NCBI GenBank assembly: GCA_023229795.1
Contig: JALNYP010000014.1
Location: 4,478-68,477, forward strand
DNA from: Syntrophobacterales bacterium
GTDB lineage: Bacteria > Desulfobacterota > Desulfobaccia > Desulfobaccales > 0-14-0-80-60-11
Reading direction: 5' to 3'
Length of the DNA stretch: 64,000 nucleotides
In this document: positions 9,506-18,153 of the stretch, piece by piece
Layout of the letters: each line of letters starts with the position of its first letter
Numbering within the stretch: position 1 is the stretch's first letter
The notes under the pieces: model-generated
What the model was told of the DNA's origin: nothing
The model's input: the letters and a program-made list of their open reading frames with translations, nothing else
The model's database searches: none
Made by a program: the position numbers and the translations under genes

Positions 9506-9763
9506 TTACGAAAGAATCTGGGGCAGGTATTCCCGGCCGGTTTGTCTTCCGGCAAACCAGACCGCGGCAATGATATCCTCCGTAGTGCTCTCCTGGGGGT
9601 TAAAACGGACCGTGAAGGTATCCTGCCGGGTGTCGTAGGTGACGTCGGCAATGCCCTTAAGGGCAGTAATAGCGGCGCGCACGGCGTCAGGGCAGCCGCT
9701 TCAGACGAAACCGCTGCGCCCCACCAGGCCCGCCACCCGGAATTTCAGAGTGGTAAGTTCCAT
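9506..9763 (-). CDS. HMA (CopZ/MerP-like) domain selenoprotein, UxxC motif
   Basis: GGAGG RBS; MELTTLKFRVAGLVGRSGFV-U(TGA 9703-9701)-SGCPDAVRAAITALKGIADVTYDTRQDTFTVRFNPQESTTEDIIAAVWFAGRQTGREYLPQILS*; hairpin directly 3' of the UGA. Confidence 0.75.
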
Positions 9764-10025
9764 GGTTACAACCTCCGGTTATCCTGCTCTCTTCCGAGAA
9801 ATGGTCTCAGGCCGGTTTTCTTCGCCCGGCCGTGGCCTTGCATACTACTACATTTTCCGTGCCGATGATATCGCTTCCCTGAGTTTTTGCCGGATCGGTC
9901 CCGCCCGTCTGATCGGAAAACCGCGCTCCTCTTGCCAAATGCCCGGTAGTGACTAACCTATAAGCAAGTCGGAACCTCAATTTGTAGCGTTGAACCTTAG
10001 ATTTTTCCCTATAGGGTGACGGAAG

Positions 10026-10364
10026 ATGCGGGCAATTTTGGCATTGATCATGGCCGGGGCGCTGTTTCTGACCGGGTGTGCCAGTTCGGGCCTGAGAAGT
10101 GATTGCCTGGAAAGGCAGCAGCGTCTGGAACAGGTGGCCTCCAAGGCCGCGGCGGAATTACGGGTGGGCTGGACCGACATGGAAGTAAGGGCCTTGCTGG
10201 GAGGACCCGTGGAAATCGTCCAGCCCAAGGGGTTAGGCGACTTCGAGATCTGGAAATATTATCTCCTGCAAGATTGCCGGGCCCACCTGGGGCTCCAGGC
10301 CCCGGAGACCGAACTCTTTTTCCTGAAAGGCAACCTGGTGAAATGGACCACCTCCGGGCGTTAA
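10026..10364 (+). CDS. SmpA/OmlA (BamE-like) lipoprotein
   Basis: Lipobox LTGC; LRVGWTDMEVRALLGGP...EIWKY. Confidence 0.65.
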   Translation: MRAILALIMAGALFLTGCASSGLRSDCLERQQRLEQVASKAAAELRVGWTDMEVRALLGGPVEIVQPKGLGDFEIWKYYLLQDCRAHLGLQAPETELFFLKGNLVKWTTSGR

Positions 10365-10431
10365 GCTGCCGGGCGCCGGGAGGCCACCCACGTCTGGCAG
10401 TATCCGGGCAAAACCTCTATAATTTGCCTTC

Positions 10432-10875
10432 ATGAGCCCTAAGATGAGATCCCGAGGCCGCGGGACAAAGATCATGATCCTGATGTGGCTGGGAGGTTTT
10501 TTCCTGGCCGCCGGGGTCGCCGCCCAAATGGCGGAGCCGCGCCCGGCCGGGCAGGCTGCCGCGGCTCCGGCGGCCGCGGCGGCCGGCCCGCAACTGCACC
10601 GGGGCATGAGCTCCCAGGAGGTCAGAGCCGTCCTGGGAGAGCCCGATGACCTCATCAGCCGGTCGGGACCCGGCCGACCCGAGACCTGGAAATATTGCCG
10701 GTATCCCGACTGCGGCAAACAATTGGGGTTCAGCGCTCCCACCACCGAACTGGGGTTCGTGAATGACCGCCTGCAAGAATGGACGACCTATAAGCCATCC
10801 CCGGAGGCTCCGCGAGAGCCTCATAAGGGGGAGGAACGGCAGCCGGCCAGGGCCCGCGGCCTGCCGGGAAGCTAA
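10432..10875 (+). CDS. exported SmpA/OmlA-like paralogue (start may be ATG 10474)
   Basis: Signal peptide; LHRGMSSQEVRAVLGEP...ETWKY; similar to the upstream gene. Confidence 0.6.
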   Translation: MSPKMRSRGRGTKIMILMWLGGFFLAAGVAAQMAEPRPAGQAAAAPAAAAAGPQLHRGMSSQEVRAVLGEPDDLISRSGPGRPETWKYCRYPDCGKQLGFSAPTTELGFVNDRLQEWTTYKPSPEAPREPHKGEERQPARARGLPGS

Positions 10876-11080
10876 AACAGGCGCGGCCTCGCCACGAGGG
10901 AGTCAGGGCGCCCGCAGGGGCGGCGGGGCGAATCACCGGGGCCGCCCAATCCCGGCCTGCATTTTTTTCTTTACCTCAGGCGGGTTTTTCTTTATTATTT
11001 CAGGTAAATTAGCTCATCGGCGATTAAGCTGCCAGGCCCGGACCAGGGCGCAGGCGCGCGCCATCAAGGAGTAGAGCGGG

Positions 11081-11356
11081 ATGAATAAGTCGCAACTCAT
11101 CGAAGCTCTGGCCAAAGCGGAAAATATCACCTTGAAGAAGGCGGAACTGGTGGTTAACGCCGTTTTTGAAAACATGGCGGAAGCCCTGGTGCAAAAGGAA
11201 CGCATCGAAATTCGCGGCTTTGGCAGTTTCAAGGTTAAATTCTACAACGGCTACAAAGGCCGCAACCCCAAAACCGGCGATCTCATCAAGGTGGATGGCA
11301 AGAAATTGCCCTTCTTCAAGGTGGGCAAAGAACTGCGGGAACGCGTGGATCGCTGA
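11081..11356 (+). CDS. ihfB: integration host factor beta / HU-family DNA-binding protein
   Basis: MNKSQLI, RIEIRGFGSF, GRNPKTG, PFFKVGKELRERV. Confidence 0.9.
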   Translation: MNKSQLIEALAKAENITLKKAELVVNAVFENMAEALVQKERIEIRGFGSFKVKFYNGYKGRNPKTGDLIKVDGKKLPFFKVGKELRERVDR

Positions 11357-11373
11357 CCGTTTTTTCACACCTG

Positions 11374-11638
11374 GCCGTGCTAGATGGGGAGCTAGCGGTG
11401 CCCTGTAACCCGAAATCCGCTTAAGCGGGATTGAAGTCCTTCTCTGAGGATTGCAGCGCTGCCGTTGACTGCTGACCCGGGCGGCGGATTGGACCCTGCG
11501 CAACAGACGCTTGTGAACCCCGTCAGGTCCGGGAGGAAGCAGCGGTAAACAAGGCGGTCTGTGTCGCGGCGGCTACTAATCCATCAACCCCCTGGCCATG
11601 GTCTTCGGCAGTGGCGGATACGAAGGAAGGTGCACGGT
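11374..11638 (+). ncRNA. ffs: large (Alu-containing) bacterial SRP RNA
   Basis: 5' GCCGTGCTAGATGGGGAG..AGCGGTGCCCTGTAACCCG Alu domain; helix 8 TCAGGTCCGGGAGGAAGCAGC; 3' GCACGGT pairs with the 5' end. Confidence 0.92.
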
Positions 11639-11836
11639 CAGGTGTTTTTTTCCTGGAGGCGCCGCCGCCAGGCCCATTTTTCCCCGGAATACCTAATTTT
11701 TCTGGATCGACCAGGGACGGCGCGGGGCCGCGCCCGTTCAAGGCCGGTCCCCCCGGCGCAACCCCAAACCCCGGCAGGCGCACCGGACTCCCGCCTTCCC
11801 TGAGGTGTTAAGACCCGCCTGCCTTCCGGAGTTGAG

Positions 11837-12433
11837 ATGGCTTACGTTTCGGTTATTCTGGCCCATCCCCGGCACGGCAGCTTCAACCACGCCATCGCCG
11901 CCACCGCGCTCCAGACCCTGGAGGCTCAGGGGCTCGAAGCCCGGTTCCATGACCTCTATCTGGAGAACTTTGATCCTATCCTGCTGACCCCTGAACTCGA
12001 CCGGGAGCCTTATCTGCACCCGGAGCTCGAGCAGCATTGCCGGGAGATCGCCGCGGCCCAGGGCATTGTCATCGTCCATCCCAACTGGTGGGGCCAGCCG
12101 CCGGCCATCTTGAAGGGCTGGATCGACCGGGTGCTCCGCCCGGAGGTGGCCTACCGGTTTAGGGAGGGGGATACCGGCGAAGGCGTGCCGGTGGGCCTGC
12201 TGCAGGCCAAAGCCGCCATCGTCTTTACCACCTCCAACACCCCCCGGGAGCGGGAACTGGCGGTCTTCGGCGACCCCCTGGAAACCCTCTGGGGCAACTG
12301 CATCTTCGGGTTGTGCGGCGTACCGCGCGTTATCCGCAAAAATTTCGCGGTGGTGGTGACCAGCACCGCGGCCCAACGGCAGGCCTGGCTCGACGAAGTG
12401 CGGGAGACGCTGTGCCTCTTCACCCCGGCCTGA
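11837..12433 (+). CDS. flavodoxin-like NAD(P)H dehydrogenase (quinone), MdaB/KefF type
   Basis: AHP..GSFN, DLY..NFDP, HPNWWGQPPAILKGWIDRV. Confidence 0.9.
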   Translation: MAYVSVILAHPRHGSFNHAIAATALQTLEAQGLEARFHDLYLENFDPILLTPELDREPYLHPELEQHCREIAAAQGIVIVHPNWWGQPPAILKGWIDRVLRPEVAYRFREGDTGEGVPVGLLQAKAAIVFTTSNTPRERELAVFGDPLETLWGNCIFGLCGVPRVIRKNFAVVVTSTAAQRQAWLDEVRETLCLFTPA

Positions 12434-12435
12434 TC

Positions 12436-15219
12436 CTAGCCAGCCCCCGCGGGCCGGGGGCCGGTCTTTTCGGAATCGTAAAATCGGTTACTCAGGGTCT
12501 TTTTTAAGGCTTTATCCAGTTCTGAGATCTTATAAGGCTTGGCAATAACGTCGGAAAAGCCGTATTTCTGAAAGTTGGCCATCACCGGATCATTGGAATA
12601 GCCGCTGGAGACTATGGCCTTGACCTGGGGATCAATCTTCAGAAGTCTCGCCAGGGCCTCTTTACCTCCCATGCCGCCGGGAACGGTGAGATCAAGGATG
12701 ACTAAAGCGAAAGGATCTCCCGTGTCCTGGGCCCGGGTGTAGAGTTCGATGGCTTTGGCACCGTCTTGGGCAGACTCCACCTCGTAGCCCAAGGTCATTA
12801 ACATTTTTCCCAAAACCTCTCGTACCATTGACTCATCATCCATTACCAGAATCTTGCCTTCCCCGGGAATCAGCTGGCCATGGTCTCGGGGCGGCTGAGC
12901 AGCCTCCCGTTGGCTGGCCGGCAGATAGACATTAAAGGTCGTGCCTTTCTCTAATTTCGACTCCACTGAGATATGACCGCGGTGATTCTTGATAATAGAG
13001 TAAGAAGTAGCCAGCCCCAAGCCGCTGCCCATTTGTTTGGTGGTAAAATAGGGGTCAAAAATTTTCGAGAGGTGATCCGTGGAGATGCCGATCCCCTCAT
13101 CTTGAACAGAAATCTTTACATATCTGCCAGGGTCAAGGGGCAAATCGCTGCCTGCTTCCACCTGTAGATTCTCACCGGCAATCCTCACCATACCGCCGCT
13201 GGGCATGGCTTGAATAGCATTGATCACGAGATTATGGAAGACCTGGCTGATTTGACCGGGATCTACTTCCACCGCCCAGAGATCATCCGGCAGTCTGGTT
13301 TGGTAATCAACCCGCGACCCGCGGCAGGCGAAGGAGGCCGATTCTCTGACGATCTCTTTAACTGAGACGATTTTCTTAATCGGGGCCCCGCCCTTGGAGA
13401 AGGTGAGCAATTGCCGGGACAAATTCTGGGCCTGCTGGCAGGCCCGTTCCGCCTCGGCCAAACTTTCCCGAGCCTGCCCTTTAACCTGGCAATCCAGCAT
13501 GGCCAGACTGATGTTGCCGATGATGGCGGTGAGGATATTGTTGAAGTCGTGGGCGATGCCGCCGGCCAGCGTGCCGATGGCTTCCAACTTGACGAACCTC
13601 TGGCGTTCGGCTTCTTCCAGTTTGACCTTGCTCAGATCCCTGGCCACCGCGATGCTGCCGGTGACCCGATTATCCAGGTCCCGCAGCATTCTGAGGGAAA
13701 GGCTACAGGGAAAGATGCTGCCATCCTTTTTTCTCATGGAGATTTCGTAGTTGCTGATATAACCCCGCTGGCGCAGCCGAGCAAGCATCACCTCGAGTTC
13801 AGTGCGGTCCGCATACAAATCAAAGCTGCGTATTCCCCGGAACTCCTCAAAATGATAGCCGAACAGTTCTTCTGCCGCTTTATTCCACTGGCTGATATTG
13901 CCGTGTTGATCTACGGCGCCAATGGCATCGACGGAACTGGCGAAGACGTTTTCCAGGGCGTTATGGGCCTTGCGGATTTCCTCTTCGGCCCGGTGGCGCT
14001 CGGTGACGTCGGCTGCCAGGGACATGACGCCGGTCACCTGGCCCCGGTCGTCAGATAAAGGAGCGGTGTAGAGGCTGATTTCAATGGGCGTACCGTCTTT
14101 CTTCCGGCGGGTAAGTTCTATGCCCGGCAATAACTTGCCTTCCAAGGAGCACTGGAACAAACCCTGGAACTCTTCCAGCTTATCTTCGGATACGATGGGA
14201 AGGGGCTGCCCAATAGTCTCTGCGTTCCGCCATCCGAAGATGCGTTCCGCAGCCGGGTTCCACATTTGCACCCGAGCTTTGAGGTCCAGGACATAGATGG
14301 CCAGGGGCGAAGCGTTGATCACCGTCAGCAGTTTTTGCGTGGTTTGGCGCAGCGCCTCCTCAGCTTGCCGGCGCACCTGGATATCATGCCGCAGTTTTTC
14401 GTTGGCCTCTTGGAGATGCCGGGTGCTTTCTTGTACCTTCAGTTCCAGTTCCTGAGTATAATTCTGTAGTTGACCTTGCGATTCCTTCAGTTGCAAAACC
14501 ATTTCATTGAAAGCCAGTCCCAGTTCACCGAATTCATCCTTTGACTTTATCGTTAACACTTGAGCGACGCCAGTGCCACGGGATCGGATATCCATAATGG
14601 CCTGGAGCAATTGTCCCAAGGGGTTAGTCACCCAGAGCCGCAGCAAGAAAATCAGCGATAATCCGCCCAGGGTGAGAAAAATAAGGGCTGCTCCCACCGA
14701 ATAGGCAACCATTTGGACAGTCTTATGAGTAATCAGACTTGCCGGAAAACCGATGATTACTGTGGCAATCGGCGCATTGTTTAAGCCGTGAACCGGAATG
14801 AGGAAATTATAAAATTTCTCCCCATTCTTATATTCCTGCAATTCTGTTTTTTTGTCGTTCAATATTTGTTGAAAATTTGTGTATTTCAACATCTCCCCAC
14901 GTTTTTGAGTATCATTATGAAATAATATCCTGCCGTTTGAATCTACGACCATGGCGTAAGTGATATCACCATAATTATTGATAACTTCCTGGCATTGCTC
15001 ATCGAAACCTACTAACTCATTGAGCGGAATGTCATATTTCAGCAGTTTTTCTAATTGATATTTTAAAATGCTGCCTATCAGAAAGGCCCTGGCTTTCAAG
15101 GCCGCGGAATACTCCCGCATGAAAAAGATGCTGCTGACCGTGGTAGTCGCGGTCAAAGCCAAAAATAATACGGCAACCGAAATGAAGATTACTTTCTTTC
15201 TTATGCCGATATTCATCAT
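12436..15219 (-). CDS. hybrid sensor histidine kinase (periplasmic sensor-HAMP-2xPAS-HisKA-HATPase-REC)
   Basis: GGIAHDFNN, NAIQAM, DEGIG, FDPYFTTK, GSGLGL and a C-terminal receiver. Confidence 0.93.
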   Translation of the reverse strand: MMNIGIRKKVIFISVAVLFLALTATTTVSSIFFMREYSAALKARAFLIGSILKYQLEKLLKYDIPLNELVGFDEQCQEVINNYGDITYAMVVDSNGRILFHNDTQKRGEMLKYTNFQQILNDKKTELQEYKNGEKFYNFLIPVHGLNNAPIATVIIGFPASLITHKTVQMVAYSVGAALIFLTLGGLSLIFLLRLWVTNPLGQLLQAIMDIRSRGTGVAQVLTIKSKDEFGELGLAFNEMVLQLKESQGQLQNYTQELELKVQESTRHLQEANEKLRHDIQVRRQAEEALRQTTQKLLTVINASPLAIYVLDLKARVQMWNPAAERIFGWRNAETIGQPLPIVSEDKLEEFQGLFQCSLEGKLLPGIELTRRKKDGTPIEISLYTAPLSDDRGQVTGVMSLAADVTERHRAEEEIRKAHNALENVFASSVDAIGAVDQHGNISQWNKAAEELFGYHFEEFRGIRSFDLYADRTELEVMLARLRQRGYISNYEISMRKKDGSIFPCSLSLRMLRDLDNRVTGSIAVARDLSKVKLEEAERQRFVKLEAIGTLAGGIAHDFNNILTAIIGNISLAMLDCQVKGQARESLAEAERACQQAQNLSRQLLTFSKGGAPIKKIVSVKEIVRESASFACRGSRVDYQTRLPDDLWAVEVDPGQISQVFHNLVINAIQAMPSGGMVRIAGENLQVEAGSDLPLDPGRYVKISVQDEGIGISTDHLSKIFDPYFTTKQMGSGLGLATSYSIIKNHRGHISVESKLEKGTTFNVYLPASQREAAQPPRDHGQLIPGEGKILVMDDESMVREVLGKMLMTLGYEVESAQDGAKAIELYTRAQDTGDPFALVILDLTVPGGMGGKEALARLLKIDPQVKAIVSSGYSNDPVMANFQKYGFSDVIAKPYKISELDKALKKTLSNRFYDSEKTGPRPAGAG

Positions 15220-16316
15220 TAAAAATCTTTATTAACGCTATCTCGCACTGTCACTGAAAGCAAGATGCCGGTTTTGATTCTGATCCCTAATTTCTTGGCT
15301 CGTAAGAGGTTGACCATGGGAACCCCTTTGACCGTCGGTTTCATGGGATAGCTGGCCGGACTCCGGCCTTCCACGAGAATGCCCCGGGCTATTTGCCCGG
15401 CGGCATAGCCCTGCTCGTATTCGGAAACATTGACCGCGCACAGAGTGCCATAGGCAATGCGGTCTTCCCAAAAGCTGAAATCCGGCAAGTTGCTGTGATC
15501 CAGCACCCAGCGGCATACTGTTTTATAAGAGACATTGTTGCCATGCTCGTCTTTGAAGGTGAAGATCCCCAAGAACCCTATGGCGTCGACCTCTTTTTGA
15601 AGCTCCACGATCCTTTGCTTAAATTGTGCGAAGGTATGGATCAAATCCCAACTGATGATATTAAGGCCCTGAAGGTGAGGGAGGCTTTTTTTTATCCTGG
15701 CCAGGACGGGCGGCCAGGTGGGATCATCGTCATAAATTATTGCGATCTTGTTCACCGTGGGCACAATCTGCCTTAATAATCTGATGGTCTCGACAATGTG
15801 CTCTTCTTCCAGCACCCCGGTGATATTGGTGCTGCCCACAAAGCCATACGAGGAGGGGTCGGCGTTGACGCCGCTGAACACAAAGGGCAATTTCTGATTG
15901 AGATAATACTCAGCCACGTATTTCTGGGCATAATCATCCGAGGTATAAACGAGATCAGGCTTCCAGCTATCGATCAATTCCCGGGCGGCACGGCTGGCTT
16001 CCTGTTTCCAGGCTTCACCAGTCCTTCTCTTCATATCCATTTGAAAGACTTTGTATTCGATGTCCAGGCCCTGCAGCGCAGCTTTAAACCCGTCGAACTG
16101 GCCATCGGTCCATTTCCAGGGGGAATGATAGCTCATGATATGCAGAATCTTCCAATGCTTTTTGGCAGGATCTGCTACCCTGGCCTCTGGAGAATCTGCG
16201 CCGGGCACGGGAGCCGCCCGGAGGATCGGGAAGATCAGAAGCAGGAAAATGAAGGACCTCCAGGGGAAAAACGTTTTCTTCATAACCGGCGCCACCAATC
16301 TACCTCCTCGCCTCAA
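15219..16316 (-). CDS. ABC-type substrate-binding-like periplasmic protein coupled to the kinase
   Basis: Signal peptide; SYHSPWKW, PFVFSGVN, NITGVLE, EQGYAAG; overlaps the kinase start. Confidence 0.75.
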   Translation of the reverse strand: MRRGGRLVAPVMKKTFFPWRSFIFLLLIFPILRAAPVPGADSPEARVADPAKKHWKILHIMSYHSPWKWTDGQFDGFKAALQGLDIEYKVFQMDMKRRTGEAWKQEASRAARELIDSWKPDLVYTSDDYAQKYVAEYYLNQKLPFVFSGVNADPSSYGFVGSTNITGVLEEEHIVETIRLLRQIVPTVNKIAIIYDDDPTWPPVLARIKKSLPHLQGLNIISWDLIHTFAQFKQRIVELQKEVDAIGFLGIFTFKDEHGNNVSYKTVCRWVLDHSNLPDFSFWEDRIAYGTLCAVNVSEYEQGYAAGQIARGILVEGRSPASYPMKPTVKGVPMVNLLRAKKLGIRIKTGILLSVTVRDSVNKDF

Positions 16317-16467
16317 TCCAATGGCCGGGCAGAACCAAAAAGACAGAGCTGTTTAGGCCCATGCCCCCGTCGGGGAAGCCTCATGCCCATCTTATTACTC
16401 ATCGCAATAATTTCCTCATTGCATAAAATTTTCTAGGACTAAATGAATTTTCAGCCATGGATGGGGG

Positions 16468-17088
16468 CTATTCTCGTGAAAGCTGCAGAATTGGCAACAG
16501 ATCCAGGTGGGTGTTGAGGTGGTAACGGGCTTTCAGTTTCGGGTTTTTGTAGGCCGCGAAGGGTACCCCTGCGGCCGCGGCCACTTCCCTGTCCAGGGCC
16601 GCGTCGCCGATGAACAGGGCTGCGGCGGGCTCCACGCGAAAATGGCTAAGGATTTTTTCGAGGCCTTCGGGGTCCGGCTTGGGCCGGCTGACGTCGTAGG
16701 CCGAGATGGTCAGGTCGAAGAGGGCCTCGAGGTCCAGATTCTGGAGCACCAGGGGCAGGCTCTTGCCCCGGTTGGTAGCAATGGCGGTTAAATATTGGGG
16801 GCGCAGCCGCAAGAGCACTTCGCGGATATAGGGCTCCGGGCGGATCAGGGGCAGAAAGGGGTCGTTGTTGATAGTGCGCTGGTAAGCCTGGGCCGCGGCG
16901 AGTTCGGGATGGCCGTCAAAGAGATAGTCGATGGCCCCCTGGGCGGTGGTGACGTGGACCACCTCGAGTTGGGCGTCGGTCAGGGGCGGCAGGCCGAAGC
17001 GGGACAGGATGTGATTGTAAAAGGCCTGGTTGGAGGCCCGGGAATCGATGAGCACCCCGTCGCAGTCGTAGATAATGAGCCTGAGCAC
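16468..17088 (-). CDS. HAD-family phosphatase
   Basis: DCDGVL, ATN, KPDP and IGD motifs. Confidence 0.9.
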   Translation of the reverse strand: MLRLIIYDCDGVLIDSRASNQAFYNHILSRFGLPPLTDAQLEVVHVTTAQGAIDYLFDGHPELAAAQAYQRTINNDPFLPLIRPEPYIREVLLRLRPQYLTAIATNRGKSLPLVLQNLDLEALFDLTISAYDVSRPKPDPEGLEKILSHFRVEPAAALFIGDAALDREVAAAAGVPFAAYKNPKLKARYHLNTHLDLLPILQLSRE

Positions 17089-17106
17089 TCCTGAAACTCC
17101 TCAATA

Positions 17107-17137
17107 GCTATCGGCGGTCAGCTTTCAGCTTTCAGCC
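17107..17137. repeat. heptamer tandem repeats (GCTNTCA type); related tracts at 25910-25940 and 36021-36053
   Basis: GCTATCG GCGGTCA GCTTTCA GCTTTCA; inverse GCTGAAA GCTGACC GCTGATA GCTGACA near 36023. Confidence 0.55.
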
Positions 17138-17151
17138 AAAAACCATGACAG

Positions 17152-17176
17152 GCGCAGGCTAAAGCCTGCGGCTACC
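17152..17176. repeat. REP palindrome, identical copy at 26046-26070
   Basis: GCGCAGGCTAAAGCCTGCGGCTACC at both sites. Confidence 0.8.
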
Positions 17177-17224
17177 AAGATAGGCGGCAAAATAGTCTTT
17201 GAAGGCAAACTGATATTATCCAGC

Positions 17225-18151
17225 TTAAATATAACCCATAACATCCAATTGATGGGCGATGTAGATTAATTCGCAGGAGTCGATCTGGCGGTGGCGGGCC
17301 GCCAGCCAAGGCTCTAGAACGCCGCGGTCCAACTCGGGGCGGCCGTGCAGGGCCTGGGCGACGGTGTCGATGATGCAGTGGAGAAAATAGGCCTCATCCG
17401 CGGGATAGCCGGCGGGGCCGGGAAAGACCACCCAGTCGGAGGCGCCCGCGGCCGTAACGGTGGCGCCCGCCTCCTTAAGGTGCTTAAAGAGCCGGCGGCC
17501 GGTGCGGCTGCTGCCGGCAGGCCGGCCCCGGTGGCGGCGGGTATCCATGGTGCGGTGATAGAGGCTCAGGAGGCGCCGGTCCAGGTCCGGGTCGAGGACG
17601 GGCTCGAAGATGGTGGCGCCGTCGAAATTGAGGGTGAAAGCGAAGAGCCCGCCGGGCGCCAGGAGCGCCAGCAGCCGGGGCAGGACCGTGGGCAGGTCCA
17701 CGAGGTCCAGGAAGGCATGGGCCAGAAGCAGATCCCAGGTGGTTTTCCCCTGCCCGCGGTCCAAAAAATCGGCCAAGTCCACGGCTTCCAAGGTCACTTG
17801 GACCTCTTGAGAGGCGGTCTGGAGGATCAGAGCATCGCCGTCCCCCCGGGCCCGGCCGGTGTCTTTGGCCAGGGCATAGGCCTGGAGGCGCCGCCGGGCC
17901 TCCCGGATGAACTCCGGCTGGACATCGATGCCGGTGTAGGCCGCCCGGGTGAGGAGGCCCTCATGCAGCAGGCGTTCCAGCATGGTGCCGATGCCGCAGC
18001 CCACTTCGAGGACCCGGAGGGGTGCGGCGGCGGCCCGATCCCGCAATGCCCGCGCCAGGTGGTCCCAGACCTGCCGGTTCAACGAGCGGTCGTCCAGGCC
18101 CTGTTTGGCGGCCAGGTAACGGATGTAGCCGGAGGGAGGCGGGCTGGACAC
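17225..18151 (-). CDS. class I SAM-dependent methyltransferase
   Basis: VLEVGCGIG, DLLLAHAFLD, LAPGG. Confidence 0.85.
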   Translation of the reverse strand: MSSPPPSGYIRYLAAKQGLDDRSLNRQVWDHLARALRDRAAAAPLRVLEVGCGIGTMLERLLHEGLLTRAAYTGIDVQPEFIREARRRLQAYALAKDTGRARGDGDALILQTASQEVQVTLEAVDLADFLDRGQGKTTWDLLLAHAFLDLVDLPTVLPRLLALLAPGGLFAFTLNFDGATIFEPVLDPDLDRRLLSLYHRTMDTRRHRGRPAGSSRTGRRLFKHLKEAGATVTAAGASDWVVFPGPAGYPADEAYFLHCIIDTVAQALHGRPELDRGVLEPWLAARHRQIDSCELIYIAHQLDVMGYI

Positions 18152-18153
18152 GG

